Source: Octopus bimaculoides
Taxonomy: Eukaryota
Assembly (NCBI RefSeq): GCF_001194135.2
Contig: NC_068981.1
Span: 39,221,806-39,273,217, forward strand
Direction of reading: 5' to 3'
Length of the DNA stretch: 51,412 nucleotides
Under the pieces are notes generated by a model. The model made no database searches, was not told the origin of the DNA, and saw only the letters and a program-made list of their open reading frames with translations. A program made the translations under genes and the position numbers. Below are positions 49,221 through 51,412 of this stretch, in pieces; the first letter of the stretch is position 1, and every line of letters begins with the position of its first letter.

Positions 49221-49277
49221 AGAATAAACCTATATACCAAAGCATTCAGAATAAACCTATATACCAAAGCATTCAGA
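49221..49277. repeat. Perfect 27-bp tandem duplication agaataaacctatataccaaagcattc
   Basis: Two exact adjacent copies plus aga. Confidence 0.95.
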
Positions 49278-50120
49278 CTTCATCATTTGTCTGAGAATAA
49301 CTTTTTCCCCATCCTTACAGCAAGCCCTAGAAGCCCCCTAAAAGGCTCATGGGCACTACTCTACGAAACTTATGCATTAGACATATCCATGGAAACTTTG
49401 AATTATAGTCTTACAGATTGGTATCCTTCCTAACACTAATCACTTAACCATAGAGGAAGATCAGTCAATGAGAGAGCTTCTATTCAGTTACACTCCTTGC
49501 TAGAAATAATTGCTAAATCTCTTTAGAATCACATCTTAGTGCTTTTAATAAAGAAGGGCTCATTAAATAATGTAATCCAGTACTGGAAAAATAAAGCAAT
49601 TGTGGGTGGTCACTGCTTGAATACATTCATTCATAAGTCTCCTTCAATAAAGCTGATGAGTGATTAAACAGCATAGAAAATAAAAACCTTAAATAAGTAG
49701 TAACAGTCACTACATGAAACTCACAGTCAATTTCTTAGCATTTTTGTTGTCAGTTCAATGTAATTATTTACTAGAGCAATTTTATTCAACACCACAAAAA
49801 TAGTTTCTCGACTCAGTAAAATGGTATTCTCTCCCTCAATGTCTCTCTGTTTATCAGACCCTCTCTCCCTTTCTCTTCTTTTAATTTCTGTTTCATACAG
49901 AGAAAGAGAAATACAAATATAGAGAGTAAGGAGTGTGACAAAGAGAGAGTAAAAGAAAGAGAGAAAGACCCTTTAATTTCAGTTTACCTTGTAACTACTT
50001 AAATATTGCATTCTGACAATTTTTTGTAATGAATGTAATTTAGTACCTTGATTTTTTTTTTTTTACTGTTTCTTACTGTGTTACAAATATAATAAAATAA
50101 CAGATTTAATATAAAATGTA

Positions 50121-50497
50121 AGGTGCAGGTTGTGGCTATGTGGTAAGAAGCTTGCTTCCCAACCTCATGGTTCCAGGTTCAGTCCCACAGTGTGGCACCT
50201 TGGGCAAATGTCTACTACTATAGCCTTGGGCCGACCAAAGCCTTGTGTGTGGATTTGGCAGACGAAAGCCCGTCATATATGTGTGTGTGTGTGTGTGTGT
50301 GTTTGTGTGCTTGTCCCCCCACTGTCACTTAACAACAGGTGTTGGTGAGTTTACATCCCCATAACTTAGTGGTTCAGCAAAAGAGACCAATAGAATAAGT
50401 ACTAAGCTTACACAGAATAAGACCTGGGGTCGATTAGCGTGACTAAAGGTGGTGCCCCAGCATGACTGCAGTCAAATGATTGAATGAATAAAAGAAT
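50121..50497 (+). mobile_element. Full-length tRNA-derived CORE-type SINE (OR2-like, by recall) with internal (TG)n
   Basis: A box tggctatgtgg, B box ggttcagtccc, CORE caccttgggcaaatgtct, AT-rich tail. Confidence 0.88.
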
Positions 50498-50774
50498 AGG
50501 TACAAGACCAGGTGTAAGACAGATTGTAGATGATTTAATCAACCTCTGTTTCAGATGATTTCTCCACCCAGAAGGACTAAAAGCAAAGCTGACTTCAGCA
50601 AGATTTGAACTTAGAATGTTAAAAATCCGTAACGAAATGCTACCAAATATATTGCTCTCTCCTTTAGGGATTCTGCCAGTCTGTCATCTCTCAGTTAGTT
50701 TAATTTATTGAAAAAGTCCATGCTTTATTCTAAGAAGAGTAATGATATAAACTCTACAGCTGATATAGCTAAAA

Positions 50775-50779
<5 letters not shown>

Positions 50780-50810
<31 letters not shown>

Positions 50811-51025
50811 CCTTTCTGCTGCAAGCACAAGGCCTGAAATTTTGAGGGAAGGGAATAGCAGATTACATCGACCCCAGTGTTTCACTGGTACTTAATTTAT
50901 ATACCACGAAAGGATAAAAGGCAAATTCAACCTCGGCAGAATTTGAACTCAGAACATAGCGACAGACAAAATAGTGCTAAGCATTTTGCCTCGTGTGCTA
51001 ACAATTCTGCCAGATGGCCACCTTT
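50780..51025 (-). mobile_element. tRNA-derived SINE with an (ATT)n tail
   Basis: (aat)n-cctttctgctgcaagcacaaggcctgaaattt...gaatttgaactcagaac (B box on minus)...gctaacaattctgccag. Confidence 0.88.
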
Positions 51026-51029
51026 ATAT

Positions 51030-51200
51030 ATCATCATCATCATTATCATCATCATCATTTAACGTCCGTTTTCTACGCTGGCATGGGGTGGACGGTTTGA
51101 CTGGGCTGACAAATTGGAAGGCTGCACCAGACTTCAGTCTGATTTGGCATGGTTTTCTATGGCTAGATGCCCTTCCTAATGCCAACCACAGATACCTTTT
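51030..51200 (-). mobile_element. RTE 3' tail element
   Basis: (cat)n-ttaacgtccgttttctacgctggcatgggg...gatgcccttcctaatgccaaccac. Confidence 0.85.
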
Positions 51201-51228
51201 ACAAGAAGAATTAACACATAGTTAATTA

Positions 51229-51412
51229 GGCGCAGGAGTGGCTGTGTGGTAAGTAGCTTGCTTACCAACCACATGGTTCCGGGTTCAGTCCCACTGCGTG
51301 GCACCTTGGGCAAGTGTCTTCTACTATAGCCTCGGGCCAACCAAAGCCTTGAGTGGATTTGGTAGACAGAAACTCAATGAAACCCATCGTATATATGTAT
51401 ATATATATATAT
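51229..51412 (+). mobile_element. CORE-type SINE, 5' half (runs off the window)
   Basis: ggcgcaggagtggctgtgtggtaag...ggttcagtcccactgcgtggcaccttgggcaagtgtctt. Confidence 0.9.

Noticed and set aside
50121-50200. tRNA gene
   Set aside because: A and B boxes are present but continue into SINE CORE and tail sequence; no acceptor stem closes. The same applies to 51229-51300 and 32557-32604.

Overview
AT-rich eukaryotic genomic DNA, dense in microsatellites and with three N-gaps. The repeat families (tRNA/CORE-type SINEs, RTE LINEs with (CAT)n tails, R4/Dong LINEs, a Gypsy relic) match those I recall from Octopus genomes, so a cephalopod origin is inferred, not proven. Most of the window is intronic or intergenic and filled with decayed retroelements, and almost all ORFs in the supplied track are microsatellite or antisense artefacts. 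I found no recognisable conserved protein-coding gene. The main non-repeat signal is a compact two-exon minus-strand gene model (30206-30116 + 28755-28529). It encodes a 105-aa secreted protein with a signal peptide and an 80-aa Tyr/Asn/Gly/His/Pro-rich, Cys-free and Lys-free mature region, which I cannot assign to a known family. Three features lie nearby: a second signal-peptide exon of the same phase (31297-31236), a possible TATA-driven non-coding first exon (~35670-35600), and a perfect 22-bp hairpin about 280 nt past the stop codon. Several other isolated exon-like segments are listed at low confidence. All translations and counts were done by eye; no database searches were run.
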